Counted from the stretch's first letter, positions 40,434 to 53,255 are shown. The stretch: DNA of 64,000 bases from Eledone cirrhosa (GCA_964016885.1 OZ024743.1:365614001-365678000), one strand, 5' to 3'. Notes: a model not told the origin generated them from the sequence alone. Numbers and translations are program-made.

Positions 40434-41788
40434 TCTATATATATAAAACTGTGGTTGTCTGTCTGTCTATCGATTTTTGGCACACATCTCCTCTTAGAAT
40501 CTCTCACGGAATTGCACCGAAATTGCTATACTTGTACATTGAGCCCCAGCGAAGACATCGGAAAAAAAATATTTCAAATTGACCCACCCTATGTGACGAA
40601 ATCGAATATAATGTATCGATTTTTGAGCGTAAGTTATCAGTTATTTCCCTTTGTTCTGTTTACATTAAGCGTCTTACGTAAAAAATTACGCTGGCTTTCT
40701 CAGCGTTTAAAATGACATTAACACAATACACGAACAGTTGTCGAGCCAGCAAAATATTGACCTGCAAAATTCATCAGTTCGAACACTAAGCTTCCGTTTT
40801 GCTTCATTTCCATTTAAAAGCATTTTAAAACAATATTTTTACTTGAAAACAAGTCTATTTAAAGACTACGTAAAACAAGCAAATATTTCGTCGTTAGGCG
40901 TGCAGACAGACAGTCGTGCAGACAGACAGTCGTGCAGAGAGGTGATATACGCGTGCAGACAGATAGTCGTGCAGAGAGGTGATATACTCGTGCAGACAGA
41001 CAGTCGTGCAGAGAGGTGATATACTCGTGCAGACAGACAGTCGTGCAGAGAGGTGATATACGCGTGCAGACAGACAGTCGTGCAGAGAGGTGATATACTC
41101 GTGCAGACAGACAGTCGTGCAGAGAGGTGATATACTCGTGCAGACAGACAGTCGTGCAGAGAGGTGATATACGCGTGCAGACAGATAGTCGTGCAGAGAG
41201 GTGATATACTCGTGCAGACAGACAGTCGCGCAGAGAGGTGATATACGCGTGCAGACAGACAGTCGTGCAGAGAGGTGATATACTCGTGCAGACAGACAGT
41301 CGTGCAGAGAGGTGATATACGCGTGCAGACAGACAGTCGTGCAGAGAGGTGATATACTCGTGCAGACAGACAGTCGTGCAGAGAGGTGATATACTCGTGC
41401 AGACAGACAGTCGTGCAGAGAGGTGATATACTCGTGCAGACAGACAGTCGTGCAGAGAGGTGATATAGGCGTGCAGACAGACATAACTGATAATTTGGTT
41501 ACGCTAATGTTTTTCTCTGCGTTGCAGTGTTTACATTTTCGATCTTTGTTAATAAATAACCAGTGCAGTTTCTATCCCCAGCATCCTATTTTGTTATAAC
41601 ATTCGGGTTATCGTTATGTTTTCTTAACTTCATAAGGCATATTGTTGGTTGAGGGAATATTAATCAAAAACACCACATGCAAGTCTGCACAGTAGACACT
41701 ACAGTTTTTAAGCCAAAAAAGAAACTTAACATTGTAACTTTAACACAGCTACTGAGCGACCCCGAGCAACGCCGGGCTTTACTGCTAG
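40434..41788 (+). mobile_element. Non-autonomous Helitron-like element carrying a minisatellite
   Basis: A|TC start, CCCGAGCAACGCCGGG hairpin, CTAG|T end, no TSD; removing it rejoins the pLTR sequence. Confidence 0.88.
40899..41482 (+). repeat. 37-bp minisatellite, ~15 copies
   Basis: Unit GTGCAGACAGACAGTC-GTGCAGAGAGGTGATATAC(T/G)C, made of 16- and 21-bp GTGCAGA subunits. Confidence 0.95.
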
Positions 41789-41859
41789 TATATAATAAAT
41801 TGAAGTGAAAGCAACTGGTGCGTGTGTTTCTTATTGGCAACATGACCCTCCCAAAGTAT

Positions 41860-41930
<71 letters not shown>

Positions 41931-41934
<4 letters not shown>

Positions 41935-43122
41935 TTTCAACAATGTCAGTATTCCGCGTGTCATAATTCTCGATTATCATTGGTTCATAGGTTTCAAAAC
42001 TCCGCCCACCTCAACAACGCCAAACTTAAATTAATATGCATAATGCCAATGAGGGAGTGAGAGGAGAGAGTAAGCAACAGAGAGACATAGTGAACGCTGT
42101 GTTGGATACACTGTGTATATGTGTCAGTGTAGAGGCATGTGTGTGTGTGATGTGTGTGGAAATAAGAGGGGAAGGAAAGCAATAACTATTAACATGTGTG
42201 CGTGTGTATGTACGTGCGCGTATGTTTATGTGTGTGTGCGCGCGTGCCGCGTTCCACAGAAAGTAAAAACTATCAACATGTGTGAGTGTGTGCGTGTGTG
42301 TAAGTGCACGGGTGCGTGTGTAAGTTTGCGTGCGTGTGCGCGTTTCCATGCGTGTATGTTTGTGCGTGCAGCGTTCCACAATCGACACGCAGTTTATCTG
42401 TGTGTGCCTGTCTGTCAGTCTAACATACATAGAGTTGTGAAGGGAGTAAATAGGGACCTTTTTTTATATTGACGGACATATTTTATATTTATTATTGTGT
42501 CATTTTTTTGACAATTGCTCGAAATGAATACTGATAATAAAAGCAATTCGACTTTATCAAACAGTGAACTACAGCGGCGACGGCGTGCGGCCAGGTATGA
42601 AGAAAAACGGGCCGCACAGCGTCATCGGAACGCCGAACTTCAGAGGCGAAGACGTGCTGCCATGAATGAAGAGGAGATGGCTGAACAACGCCAACGAAAC
42701 ACTGGAGTCAAGCAGTGACGGCGTGCTGCGATGGTTGAAGACGAACTGGCTGAGCATCATCTTTTATATTAATTATCTATATCTATATCTACATATAATA
42801 TAAAAGATTGGAACTTCCATCATCCTTTTGAGAAACGTGAAACAACCACGTCTATGTAATGATATACGTTTTACAGTCAGACAGATGAACCATCTCCTAA
42901 AGGTCACTATTCTAGGTGGGAACATCTAGAATTGTTCATATACTATGCACAAACGGTACAACGAAAAATCTGGTATATTTTTCTTACTGTTTTTTGTATC
43001 ACACAGACACCACAGACTCACCTCATACTGTTAACAGACAAACATCCAATACAGTCATTTTCTCTTTTACCTGTCTTCTCTTATCATCTGTTTACCCGGG
43101 CCAAGCTGGGTACGTCAGCTAG
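41931..43122 (+). mobile_element. Helitron deletion derivative with RepHel remnants
   Basis: Charged N-terminal-like repeats (ELQRRRRAA...) at 42515-42760, helicase C-terminal-like VGTSRIVHILCTNGTTKNLVY at ~42916-42980, 3' hairpin CCCGGGCCAAGCTGGG and CTAG|T. Confidence 0.7.
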
Positions 43123-43123
43123 T

Positions 43124-43543
43124 ATATATTAATTTCAACAATGTCAGTATTCCGTGTGTCATAATTTTCGATTATCATTGGTTCATAGGTTTCAAACGAC
43201 TCCGCCCATCTCAACGACGCCAAACTTAAATTAATATGCATAATGCCAATGAGACATGTGTGTGTGTGATGTGTGTGGAAATAAGAGGGGAAGGAGAGCA
43301 ATAATTATTAACATGTGTGCGTGTGTTTATGTGTGCGTGCGTGCAGCGTTCCACAGAAATTAAAAACTATCAACATGTGTGAGTGTGTGCGTGTGTGTAA
43401 GTGCACGGGTGCGTGTGTAAGTTTGCGTGCGTGTGCGCGTTTCCATGCGTGTATGTCAGACAAACATCAAATACAGTCATTTTCTCTTTTACCTGTCTTC
43501 TCTTATCATCTGTCTACCCGGGCGAAGCTGGGTACGTCAGCTA

Positions 43544-43544
<1 letters not shown>
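43124..43544 (+). mobile_element. Shorter tandem copy of the 41931-43122 Helitron derivative
   Basis: Same 5' sequence (TTAATTTCAACAATGTCAG) and 3' hairpin+CTAG, further internal deletions. Confidence 0.75.
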
Positions 43545-43579
<35 letters not shown>

Positions 43580-43927
43580 TATTCGACCTGGTTGTGGTGG
43601 GTCTGATAATGTTGTTAGAACTCAGTGTGTCCTTGTAAAGATGTTTGCAGCAAGATTAGGTGGTGTGGTGTGACCAGTAGTTTTTGTAGTAGGTGAACAG
43701 CGTTTAAGGTTTCTTCGAAGAAGATCCGCCCAGGTTACAGACTCATTTATATATTTTTTCATAGAACAAAGAGAAAATGTCAGAGGTAGATAGTTGATTA
43801 GTTCATTGAAATAATTAAGTACCTACCACTGACACGCACACATACACACAGACACACAGACACACAGACACACACGCAGAAACACACACACACACACATA
43901 TATATATTCTGTCGTTACCACAGCAGA

Positions 43928-44012
43928 GGCCCGACGAAGTTTTGGTTCAAGATTCGGGCCAGATCGATACAGATCGAACCTTGAGCTGATCAATAGCGAA
44001 ACGCGCGTCGCC
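43928..44012 (+). ncRNA. Hammerhead motif with extended (60 nt) stem II domain, CCGA core variant
   Basis: GGC-CCGACGA-[60 nt]-GAAA-CGCGCG-TC-GCC then AATAAA; tail motif GCATCGAGTGCTCA at 44108-44121. Confidence 0.65.
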
Positions 44013-44267
44013 ACTCAATAAACATAATGAAGACATAACAAATCGTCCTTGTGTTATTATATTTCCACTCTGTTTAGCTCTACACATCGTTACAGACGTG
44101 AATCTACGCATCGAGTGCTCACCTGAGTGAACCTACATTAACTGCACGTTACACTCCCTATATATATATATATTTTTTTTTTACCCTCTTTTTACCCCCC
44201 AGCCCCCTTTTTAATGTCTTTCCAGCACTTCCTCTCACACCCTTGGAACTATTTTCCTGCCCACTTT

Positions 44268-44297
44268 TCTCCTGATGAAGGGCGTATGCCCGAAACG
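44268..44297 (+). ncRNA. Truncated hammerhead motif
   Basis: CTGATGA-A-GGGC-GTAT-GCCC-GAAA-CG, then replaced by poly-C/(CA)n. Confidence 0.5.
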
Positions 44298-44410
44298 CCC
44301 CCCCCCCCCCACACACACACACACACTCTCAAGCGTCAACCTATTATTAACACTTTGTACTGCACTCTTTGCTATTGTTTTTGTTTTCTGTTTTAACGAT
44401 TATATATATC

Positions 44411-46640
44411 GGTCTACTGCAATTGGCAGCAGAACGGGAGAATTCCTTGTTCTGTAGCCAAGGGCGTCGTCACGCTGGTGAGGAAGGACGAGAACAAGGG
44501 AGATAGTATAAATAATTTTCGGCCCATAACCCTGCTAAACACAGAGTTAAAGATTTTGGCCAAGGTGTTAGCAAAGAGGTTGGCGCTTGTCGTGGGTGGC
44601 CTGGTGGGAGATGCGCAGACATGTGCTATCCCATCCAGGTCCATTCACGATAACCTCCACCTCATGCGATACATCATAGAGAGGGTTGGCAACAAACCCG
44701 GCTTCGGTGGGGCCCTGATCAACTTGGATCAGTCTAAGGCCTTCGATAGGGTCGACCATGGTTACCTGGATGCGGTGCTAGCGGCGGCTGGGTTCGGTCC
44801 TGTTTTCAGAGGCTGGATCACTGCCTTACATAGCAACCACATCTGTTCTAGGATCAAGGTGAACGGCTACCTTTCGAAGCCGTTCGAAATCACACGATCC
44901 ATTCGACAGGGGTGCCCTCTCTCCTCCCTTCTGTACGTATTGACTCTCGAGCCTTTACTGAGGAAGTTGGAGTTGTTGAAGGGTATCCCCCTGGAACCAG
45001 GATTGAGCAAAGCGGTGTCGGCCTACGCCGATGACGTAACAGTAATGGTATCGACCGACTCGGAGATCGAGGCGATCGGTACCTTACTGGAGGAGTACGA
45101 AAGGTTGTCAGGAGCGAAACTGAACCGGGAAAAATCCATCGGGCTGCAACTCGGAACGTGGAGAGGCAGACCGATGCCTCCTGACGGTGTCGTCGGACAC
45201 TGGACGGAGGGCCCGGTAAAGTTGCTTGGGGTCTGGTTTGGACCGGACCTCCAGGTGGAAAAGAACTGGAACGAGGTTACGAACAAGGTGTTTGCACTAA
45301 CCCAGAAATGGGCCAAGTGTAAGCTGTCCCTAAAAGGCCGGGCGGAGGTGGCGAACATTTACATAGCGTCCGTCACTTACTACCGTCTGACTGTTGTGCC
45401 TTGCCCTAAGGAAACACTCACCACCATGGAACGCATGCTCTTCCAATTTCTTTGGAAGAAGCGTCCTCCTATGGTGAGAAGATCCATCTGCTGCCAACAA
45501 CCTTCGAAAGGAAGGCTGGGGATGCCGTGGTTGATGATGCGTAGGCACGCATTAAGGCTACGGCACCTACAGGTATTCCTCACTGGTCAACCGGTGTGGG
45601 CTCCGTTCGTGAAACGAGCCTTTCCGAGACTCGTCTCGCTCACCGAGCTACAGTCCTGGGTCAAGCAAAGATCCGGAAAACTGGGAGACTGGCACACTGA
45701 GTGTGCTCAGGCGCTCAGGGCTCTCTGGCAAGCGGGCCAGGCCATCGGTGGAGAATCCACCTCATCATTCTATAGAGGGCTGGTGGCTAGCAGGGACGAT
45801 GACACCCTTGGAGAGTCGCTGGACATGGAAGAAGACGAACTGGCCAGCCTGTTCGGTAGGACTTTCGGCCCAGGACCAATGGACAACTTCCAGAAGTCAC
45901 TGGCCTGGCAGTGCTACCGGGGGGCTCTACCCGTTCGAGAGAGGCTCTACAGACACGGGCGCCCGGGCAGGGATCCCTCAAAACAGATTTGCCCTAGATG
46001 CGTGCGTCACGAAGAAACCGTTGCGCACGCATTGGTGCAATGTCCGGGCGTGGCTGATCTGTGGGGCTACGCCGAACGACTGCTGTCGCGGGTGGCGCCG
46101 ATTAAATTGACCGCCGAGTCCGTGATGACAATCAAACCGCTTCCCCTCTTCACAAAGGAAGCAAAGGCGGTTTTTCTGTGCGTAATAGCCATGTTGAAAG
46201 AGGTTGTTTGGTGGACACGATTGAAAGGTCTGAGGTCAGGCAACTTCCTCTCTGGCCATAGTCTGGTCTACTTCTTCCGATATCACTTCGGAAGAAGGAT
46301 AAGAATGGAGAGAGAGGTGCTTGGCCACAGGCAGTTTTATGAAAGGTGGGTGATAGTGGCGAGAATGGCCCGTGTAAATGGGCCTTCTCTGTATACCATC
46401 CTGTAGGTAAAGAAGTAAAGGAGAGGGGAGCACCTTCTCCATGTGCTCCCCGGGCAAAGGATTGCACACTTTTTCGGGGGTGTGTGCAACCCCCATCACG
46501 TCCCCTCCCTTTTGAGGTTATTTTCGATTATTTTCATGTTACACCCTTTTTACTCGATTATATGTAAACTCCCCCTTTGTATTTGTCCCTTCTTTTTATG
46601 CATTTATGGTAAATAAAGAAATATATATATATATATATAT
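44411..46640 (+). mobile_element. 5'-truncated Tx1/L1-group LINE (copy 1)
   Basis: Uninterrupted RT-to-end ORF, ~210-bp 3' UTR, AATAAA, (TA)n tail; short (TA)n upstream. Confidence 0.92.
44412..46406 (+). CDS. ORF2 RT + C-terminal zinc-binding domain (5'-truncated, uninterrupted)
   Basis: NFRPITLLN, DQSKAFDRV, QGCPLS, AYADD, LLGV, KLSLKGRA, CPRC...ETVAHALVQC. Confidence 0.92.
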   Translation, partial: VYCNWQQNGRIPCSVAKGVVTLVRKDENKGDSINNFRPITLLNTELKILAKVLAKRLALVVGGLVGDAQTCAIPSRSIHDNLHLMRYIIERVGNKPGFGGALINLDQSKAFDRVDHGYLDAVLAAAGFGPVFRGWITALHSNHICSRIKVNGYLSKPFEITRSIRQGCPLSSLLYVLTLEPLLRKLELLKGIPLEPGLSKAVSAYADDVTVMVSTDSEIEAIGTLLEEYERLSGAKLNREKSIGLQLGTWRGRPMPPDGVVGHWTEGPVKLLGVWFGPDLQVEKNWNEVTNKVFALTQKWAKCKLSLKGRAEVANIYIASVTYYRLTVVPCPKETLTTMERMLFQFLWKKRPPMVRRSICCQQPSKGRLGMPWLMMRRHALRLRHLQVFLTGQPVWAPFVKRAFPRLVSLTELQSWVKQRSGKLGDWHTECAQALRALWQAGQAIGGESTSSFYRGLVASRDDDTLGESLDMEEDELASLFGRTFGPGPMDNFQKSLAWQCYRGALPVRERLYRHGRPGRDPSKQICPRCVRHEETVAHALVQCPGVADLWGYAERLLSRVAPIKLTAESVMTIKPLPLFTKEAKAVFLCVIAMLKEVVWWTRLKGLRSGNFLSGHSLVYFFRYHFGRRIRMEREVLGHRQFYERWVIVARMARVNGPSLYTIL

Positions 46641-47833
46641 AATAGATTGATGGGTTGATAATTTAATGATATTGAATATGACTTGTCTGTAAAACAAACT
46701 TTATGTAAAAAGAGTATCAAATCAAAACTAAAAAAGTATCCCACCATTTTGATCATAATCTTAGACAATATTGATTTATCTTATACTCAATTAGGGATTA
46801 TTTTTCTTTCACCACATAAGTTTTAATGATTAGATTAAATATTTGACAAAGAAACTCTAAATAATAAACAATAGTTTTATTAGAAGGTGGCAATGTATGA
46901 AAAATAATTATCCCCCTTGGGTCTTAACTGGTTATGGGTTATGTACCTGTGACTGATCTTTGGTTTGTTCCTTTGTGGTACAAGCCTGAGTAAGGTTACT
47001 TTGTGGAAGACTATTATACAAATCCATCCTCACTATGATACCGTTGTTATCCCAGGGAAAGTGAAAAACCGATACCGTTTTTAGAAACAGTTGTCGCGGC
47101 AACTAATTTTTTTCCAGCTGAGTGAACTGAAGTAACGAAAAGATAAAATGCCTTGCTCAATGGCTAAATGTACCTCCCAATCAGAGAATCGAAGCCACGA
47201 TCCTTTGATCGTGAGCCCAAACCACTAAGTCACGGCATACATTTACAAAGTATAGTCAAATTATGGCCAAATCAAAATGGCTGAAACCAGTGAATGTATA
47301 TAGTATCTTCACTGAGGCAAAACAATCCAAGAAGATTAAACTTTTCAGCCTAAGGGCTTTCTGTAATTCCTACCAAGTTACAGCATCTGATAAGAAGTTA
47401 TTGGTTCATCTCACTTCCAGAAGTGGAATGCATTAAAAGACTTACACAAACAACTCTTACGCTAACAAATATTTGTTTATATACTTGTTTGATGCTTTTA
47501 GTTTATACGGTATGGTATATCATGCGTTGTCATTTCTTAAACTACATCTTACATATATGTATTCTGACGTACGCCCGCCCGCACGCACACTCACACACAC
47601 TCACACACGTGGACAGATAATAGATAAATAAACATAATTGGATACATATACAGATGGATAGATACATAAATATATATATACCATGCATACACACGTGTGT
47701 ATGTGTGTGCATATACAAACAAGCATATATGTGTCTGTGCGTTCGTGTTTGTAGATATTGTATGTCTACACACATTCTTATATGCGTGCTTACGCACTCC
47801 AATATTTCTTTCTTACATTTGTCTGTATGCTTA

Positions 47834-47905
<72 letters not shown>

Positions 47906-48002
47906 ACAGCTATCTATCTATCTATCTATATATATATCTATCTATCTATCTATCATAGCTATCTATCATATTTATCTATCTAACAATCTATCTACCCATC
48001 TC

Positions 48003-48087
<85 letters not shown>

Positions 48088-48113
48088 TATAGCTATTTAT
48101 CTATCTATCTATC
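47834..48113. repeat. (TATC)n tetranucleotide microsatellite
   Basis: Directly visible; abuts the 5' end of Tx1-like copy 2. Confidence 0.95.
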
Positions 48114-50850
48114 ATAGTAGAAGAGGCACTTAGGAGTGGCAACGTAGCCAGCGTGGTAGCGACGAGAACGGCCTTGGACTACTTCTTCGACACAAAGCAT
48201 GAAGGCTGCGTTGTCAGGAGCAAAATACGTGCTCTGGGAAACGAGGGAGCCAAAGCTGTTAGCTGGGCCCGAGTGATAGAGGTGAAAAGTGGCAACAAGT
48301 CCACGATTCGGTCTTTGAAGGACCAGGACGGACGCGTGATACGTGAGCCGAAGCAGATGTTCGCGGCTTTTCAGAGGCACTTTACTCAACTGTTCGGGCA
48401 GGGCCGCGCGCCGGGAGGGGCTATGGATATTGGTCCATACCTCGACAGCCTGCCGCGATTCTCGGACAACGAGGCGAAGTTCTGCGAAAGGCCGATTTCG
48501 GCCGCTGAGATAGGAGACGTGCTGAGCCAATGCGGCAAACGCAAATCTCCAGGTCTCGACGGTCTACCCTACGAAATTTACATAGCAATGCCGGACTTGT
48601 TCTCCGGTCTCCTGGAAGCGGTCTACTGCAACTGGCAGCAGAACGGGAGAATTCCCAGTTCTGTAACCAAGGGCGTAGTCACGTTAGTCAGGAAGGACAA
48701 GAATAAGGGGGATGACATAGGCAACTTCCGGTCCATAACTCTGTTAAACACAGAGTTACAGATTTTGGCCAAGGTGTTGGCAAAGAGGCTGGTGCTTGTA
48801 GTCGAAAACCTGGTGGCAGAAGTGCAGACATGCGCAATCCCGACCAGGTCCATACACGACAACCTCCACCTCATGCGATACATCATAGAGAGGGTAGGGT
48901 GTAAACCCGGCTTCGGTGGGGCACTGATCAACTTGGATCAGTCTAAGGCATTCGATAGGGTTGACCATCGTTACCTGGATGCGGTGCTCGAGGCGGCAGG
49001 CTTCGGACCCGATTTCAGGGGCTGGATTGCTGCAATACGCAGCAGCAACATCTGCTCAAGGATCAAGGTGACGGCTACATCTCGGAGCCGTTCCATATCA
49101 CGTGATCCATCCGACAGGGATTCCCTCTCTCCTCCCTTCTGTACGTACTGACTCTCGAGCCACTACTTCGGAAGTTGGAGCTATTTCAGAGTATCCCTTT
49201 GGAACCGGGACTGCGAAAAGCGGCGTCGGCCTACGCCGACGACGTGACAGTAATGGTGTCGGGCACCTCGCAAATCGGGGAGGTCGACACCTTACTGGAG
49301 GAATACGAAAGGTTCACAGGAGCCAAGTTGAACCAGGACAAATCCGTCGGTTTGCAACTCGGAACGTGGAGATGCCTTCCGATGGCGTCGTCGAACGCTG
49401 GACGGAAGGACCGGTAAAGCTGCTAGGGTTCTGGTTTGGTCCGGACTTCCAGGTGGAGAAGAACTGGAACGAGGTGACGGCCAAGGTGTTTGCACTCACC
49501 CAGAAGTAGGCCGAGTGCAAACTATCCTTGAAAGGTCGAGCGGAGATGGCGAACACTTTTATAGCGTCCGTCATCTACTACCGCTTGACCGTTGTGCCTT
49601 GTCCAGCCAAAACGCTCACCAAAATGGAGCGCGCGCTCTTCCAATTCCTTTGGAAGAAACAGGCTCCTTTGGTGAGAAGATCCATCTGCTGCCAATACCC
49701 TTCAAACAGAAGGCTGGGGAGGCTGTGGACGATGTGCAAATACGCGCTCAGGCTGCGGCACCTCCACGTATTCCTCACCGGACAACCGATGTGGGCCCCG
49801 TTCGTGAGGCGATCCTTCCCACGACTCGTCTCGCTGACCGAGCTGCACACCTGGGTCAAGCAAAGACCGAGGAAAATGGGCCACTGGCCCATCGAATGTG
49901 CTCAGGCACTCACAGCCCGCTGGCAGGCGGACTCGGCGATCAGTGGAGACTCCACTTTGTCATTCTATACAGGGTTTGTCCGCAGCAAGTGCGACGACGC
50001 GCTCGGAGAAACTCTAGGCGTAGAGGAGGACGAACTGGCCAGTCTGTTCGGTAGGACCTTCTGCCCGGGACCGATTGACAACTTCCGAAAGTCCCTGGCC
50101 TGGCAGTGCTACTGAGGAGCTCTACCAGTTCGAGACAAACTCTACAGACACGGGTGCCCGGGCAGGGATCCTTCGAAAAAGATCTGTCCTAGATGCGTGC
50201 GCGACGAGGAAACTGTCGCGCACGCATTTTTACACTGCCCGGGCGTTACCGACCTGTGGGGCTATGTAGAACGACTACTGTCGCGGGTGGGACCAATCCA
50301 GTTGACCACCGAGTCCATTGTCATGATCAAACCGCCACCCTCCTTCAAAAACGAAGGAGATGCGGTTTTCCTATTTGTTATGGCTATGGTGAAAGAGGTT
50401 ATATGGTGGACGAGGTTAAAAGGGCTGAGGTCGGACACCTTCCTCTCCGGCGAACAACTGATTCGTTTTTTCAAATATCATTTTGGAAGAAGAATCAGGA
50501 TGGAGAGAGAGGTGCTGTACCCCAGCAGATTTTATAAAAGGTGGGTGAAAGTGGCAAAGATGGCTCGAGTGGTTGGGCCTTCTCTCTATATAAGCCTGTA
50601 GGTTGAGGAAAAAGGGGAAGAGAGGAAGGGAGTACTCACTCTTGGTGCTCCTGGAGATGAGGGTTGTACATTTTTTCGGGGTGTGTACAACCCCTGTGTA
50701 ACGCCTCCCCCCTATTGGGGATTTCAATTGTTATATGTTATTTTATTAATAGTTTTATTTTCATATACCTGTATGTAAACTCCCCATTTGTATTTGTCCC
50801 CTTCTTTTGTGCCCTTGTGGCTAATAAAGAAATTTATTTATCTATCTATC
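48114..50850 (+). mobile_element. 5'-truncated Tx1/L1-group LINE (copy 2, pseudogenised)
   Basis: Paralogue of copy 1 extending further 5' (KSPGLDGLPYE); frameshifts near 49070 and 49370, stops near 49507 and 50113; AATAAA then TATCTATCTATC tail. Confidence 0.92.
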
Positions 50851-51130
50851 CTCGGACACACGTACATATATCTATTCATAATGCACTTATGTACGTATTA
50901 ATGTATATTTGTATCAAACGTTTTTACATGTATTTGTTGCTCTATCAGTCGTTCACTCCTTGGTCCTACCACACTTATACCCACCTCAGTTCACACACAC
51001 ACACACCCGCTCACCCAGTCTTCCCCAGGGAGATACACAATTACATAACACGCAAGCATGTTTGCAGACAGATGCATTTAAACACGCACAGACATACTCC
51101 AACACAACCTCTCTTTCTGTCTGTCTCTCT

Positions 51131-51191
<61 letters not shown>

Positions 51192-52140
51192 CACCCACAT
51201 ACACATACAGTGTCCGCACTCTCTCTCTTGTAGCAGAGACACACACACTCACACACGTAAACGGTTCCCCCGCTCATCTATCCCAAGCCTCATATTCTCA
51301 TACACTCATGTAAACAAGCGCACACACAAATGCGCGTACACGCACACACATACACATTAACACAAACACGCACTCAAACACATATTCACACACACACACT
51401 AACAGATACGTTCATACATACACACATTCATACATAAACAAACAAATACGCAAACACACATGCACACACGTGCACACACGTGCACACACACACACACACG
51501 CTCAGAAATACGCACACACACTCACAAAGACACACACTCGCACAAACACATATTCATACACATACACTGGCAGATACGTTCATAGATATACACATTCATA
51601 CACATACATACACAAACAAATCCGCTCACACACAAACACACACACACGCTCAGAAGTACGCACACACACTCACAAAGACATACACATAGAAAAACACATA
51701 TATCACAAATAAACACAGTGTGATTATTGTTTCAATAAATAGAAGTGGGTTGGTTGGTTGGATGATGAATGCTGAGGGTTGGTACAAAAATTCTGTTTTG
51801 TTTTTCATTTCGTTTCATCTCATTTGCTCCACAACGATTATGATGTATCTATGTCAATAAGCAATGTTTTCACAACAGGCCTGGTGAAGACATCTTCGCC
51901 GCTGGATCCTACCCTGCTAAAACAGGTACAAGAGAAAGAAAGACAGAGAAACAGAGAGAGAAAGAAAGAAAAGAAAAGCAGAAATTATTAAAGTAATATG
52001 AAGTCATGTGGGTCGTAGAGAAAGAAAGAGAAAAGGAAAGAGGGAGAGTTGTGACACTTTTTTTTTTTGAAGCATGAAACATTCCCAGAATTCCTTCGTG
52101 TGGTAGGTATTCTTGAAGTAACTAACACCGTTGCTGCTGC

Positions 52141-52171
<31 letters not shown>

Positions 52172-52178
52172 ACTACTG

Positions 52179-52216
<38 letters not shown>

Positions 52217-52458
52217 GCTACTGTGAATCGACGAAGGAAACCCCTGGACAGCTCTGGTTTCAACACCACTTTAGATCAAATGTGAAGGATTTAATGAATT
52301 ATGTGGTCTAAAATATATTATGTCTGAGTAAAACGACGGATTGGTTATAGCAAGAGGACATAAAAGTATTGATCTGCTCCAGCTAGACCGGTCCTGTAAC
52401 TACACAAACACGCGCATACACATACTCACACAGCCCCCCCCCCCCCCCCACACACACA

Positions 52459-52524
<66 letters not shown>

Positions 52525-52778
52525 TGTGTGTGTGTGTGTGTAATTTAGATCGTCAATTAAACCAAAGCCTACTACGAACTCGTGCAAAGGTAAACTACAG
52601 GTTTACATACATCGATATTCACCAGACACAGACCGCTTAAGGAAGAGTTGAACTACACATTAACTTCAAAACTATATCCAAAATCTCCCGGCAAAACAAT
52701 CACAAACATGCACTAATTACTGCTATGGGAAGACAGACGTCATAGGCTGCAAACGTCTTATTACATAGTTTCTATATA

Positions 52779-52962
52779 ATAATTGTTTCTACGTTTGGCA
52801 CAAGGTCAGCAATTACCCAGTGCATTACTGGTACTTTATTTTATCGACCCCGTAAGGATGAAAGGCAAAGTTAACTTCGGCGGGATTTTAACTCAGAATG
52901 GTAAAGGCCGTAACTCTATGCGTCAAAGCATGGCGTCCGACCCTCTACCGTTACTGCCAATC
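52779..52962 (-). mobile_element. SINE family A
   Basis: Matches family A. Confidence 0.88.
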
Positions 52963-53102
52963 CTATATTATAATAATCTGCAGCGACTTCGACTCCATCA
53001 CATAATTAGTGTAGAACCAGTACAAACCAGTACAAACCTTAGAACTACCAGGATATATATGTATATATGAATATGAGTATACATAAACACGCATACGCAC
53101 GC

Positions 53103-53190
<88 letters not shown>

Positions 53191-53193
53191 GTA

Positions 53194-53255
<62 letters not shown>

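Larger units (their letters stand above)
38283..41866 (-). mobile_element. Young 5'-truncated Penelope-like element with inverted pLTR, interrupted by a Helitron
   Basis: RT-GIY-YIG ORF on minus strand; 39822-40433 plus 41789-41866 is the near-identical reverse complement of ~38345-38932; tail at 38283-38345; (TA)n on both sides. Confidence 0.9.

Noticed and set aside
40894-41484. 196-aa repetitive ORF or CRISPR-like array
   Set aside because: Contiguous 37-bp tandem units with no unique spacers and no cas genes, in eukaryotic DNA; the ORF is a by-product.
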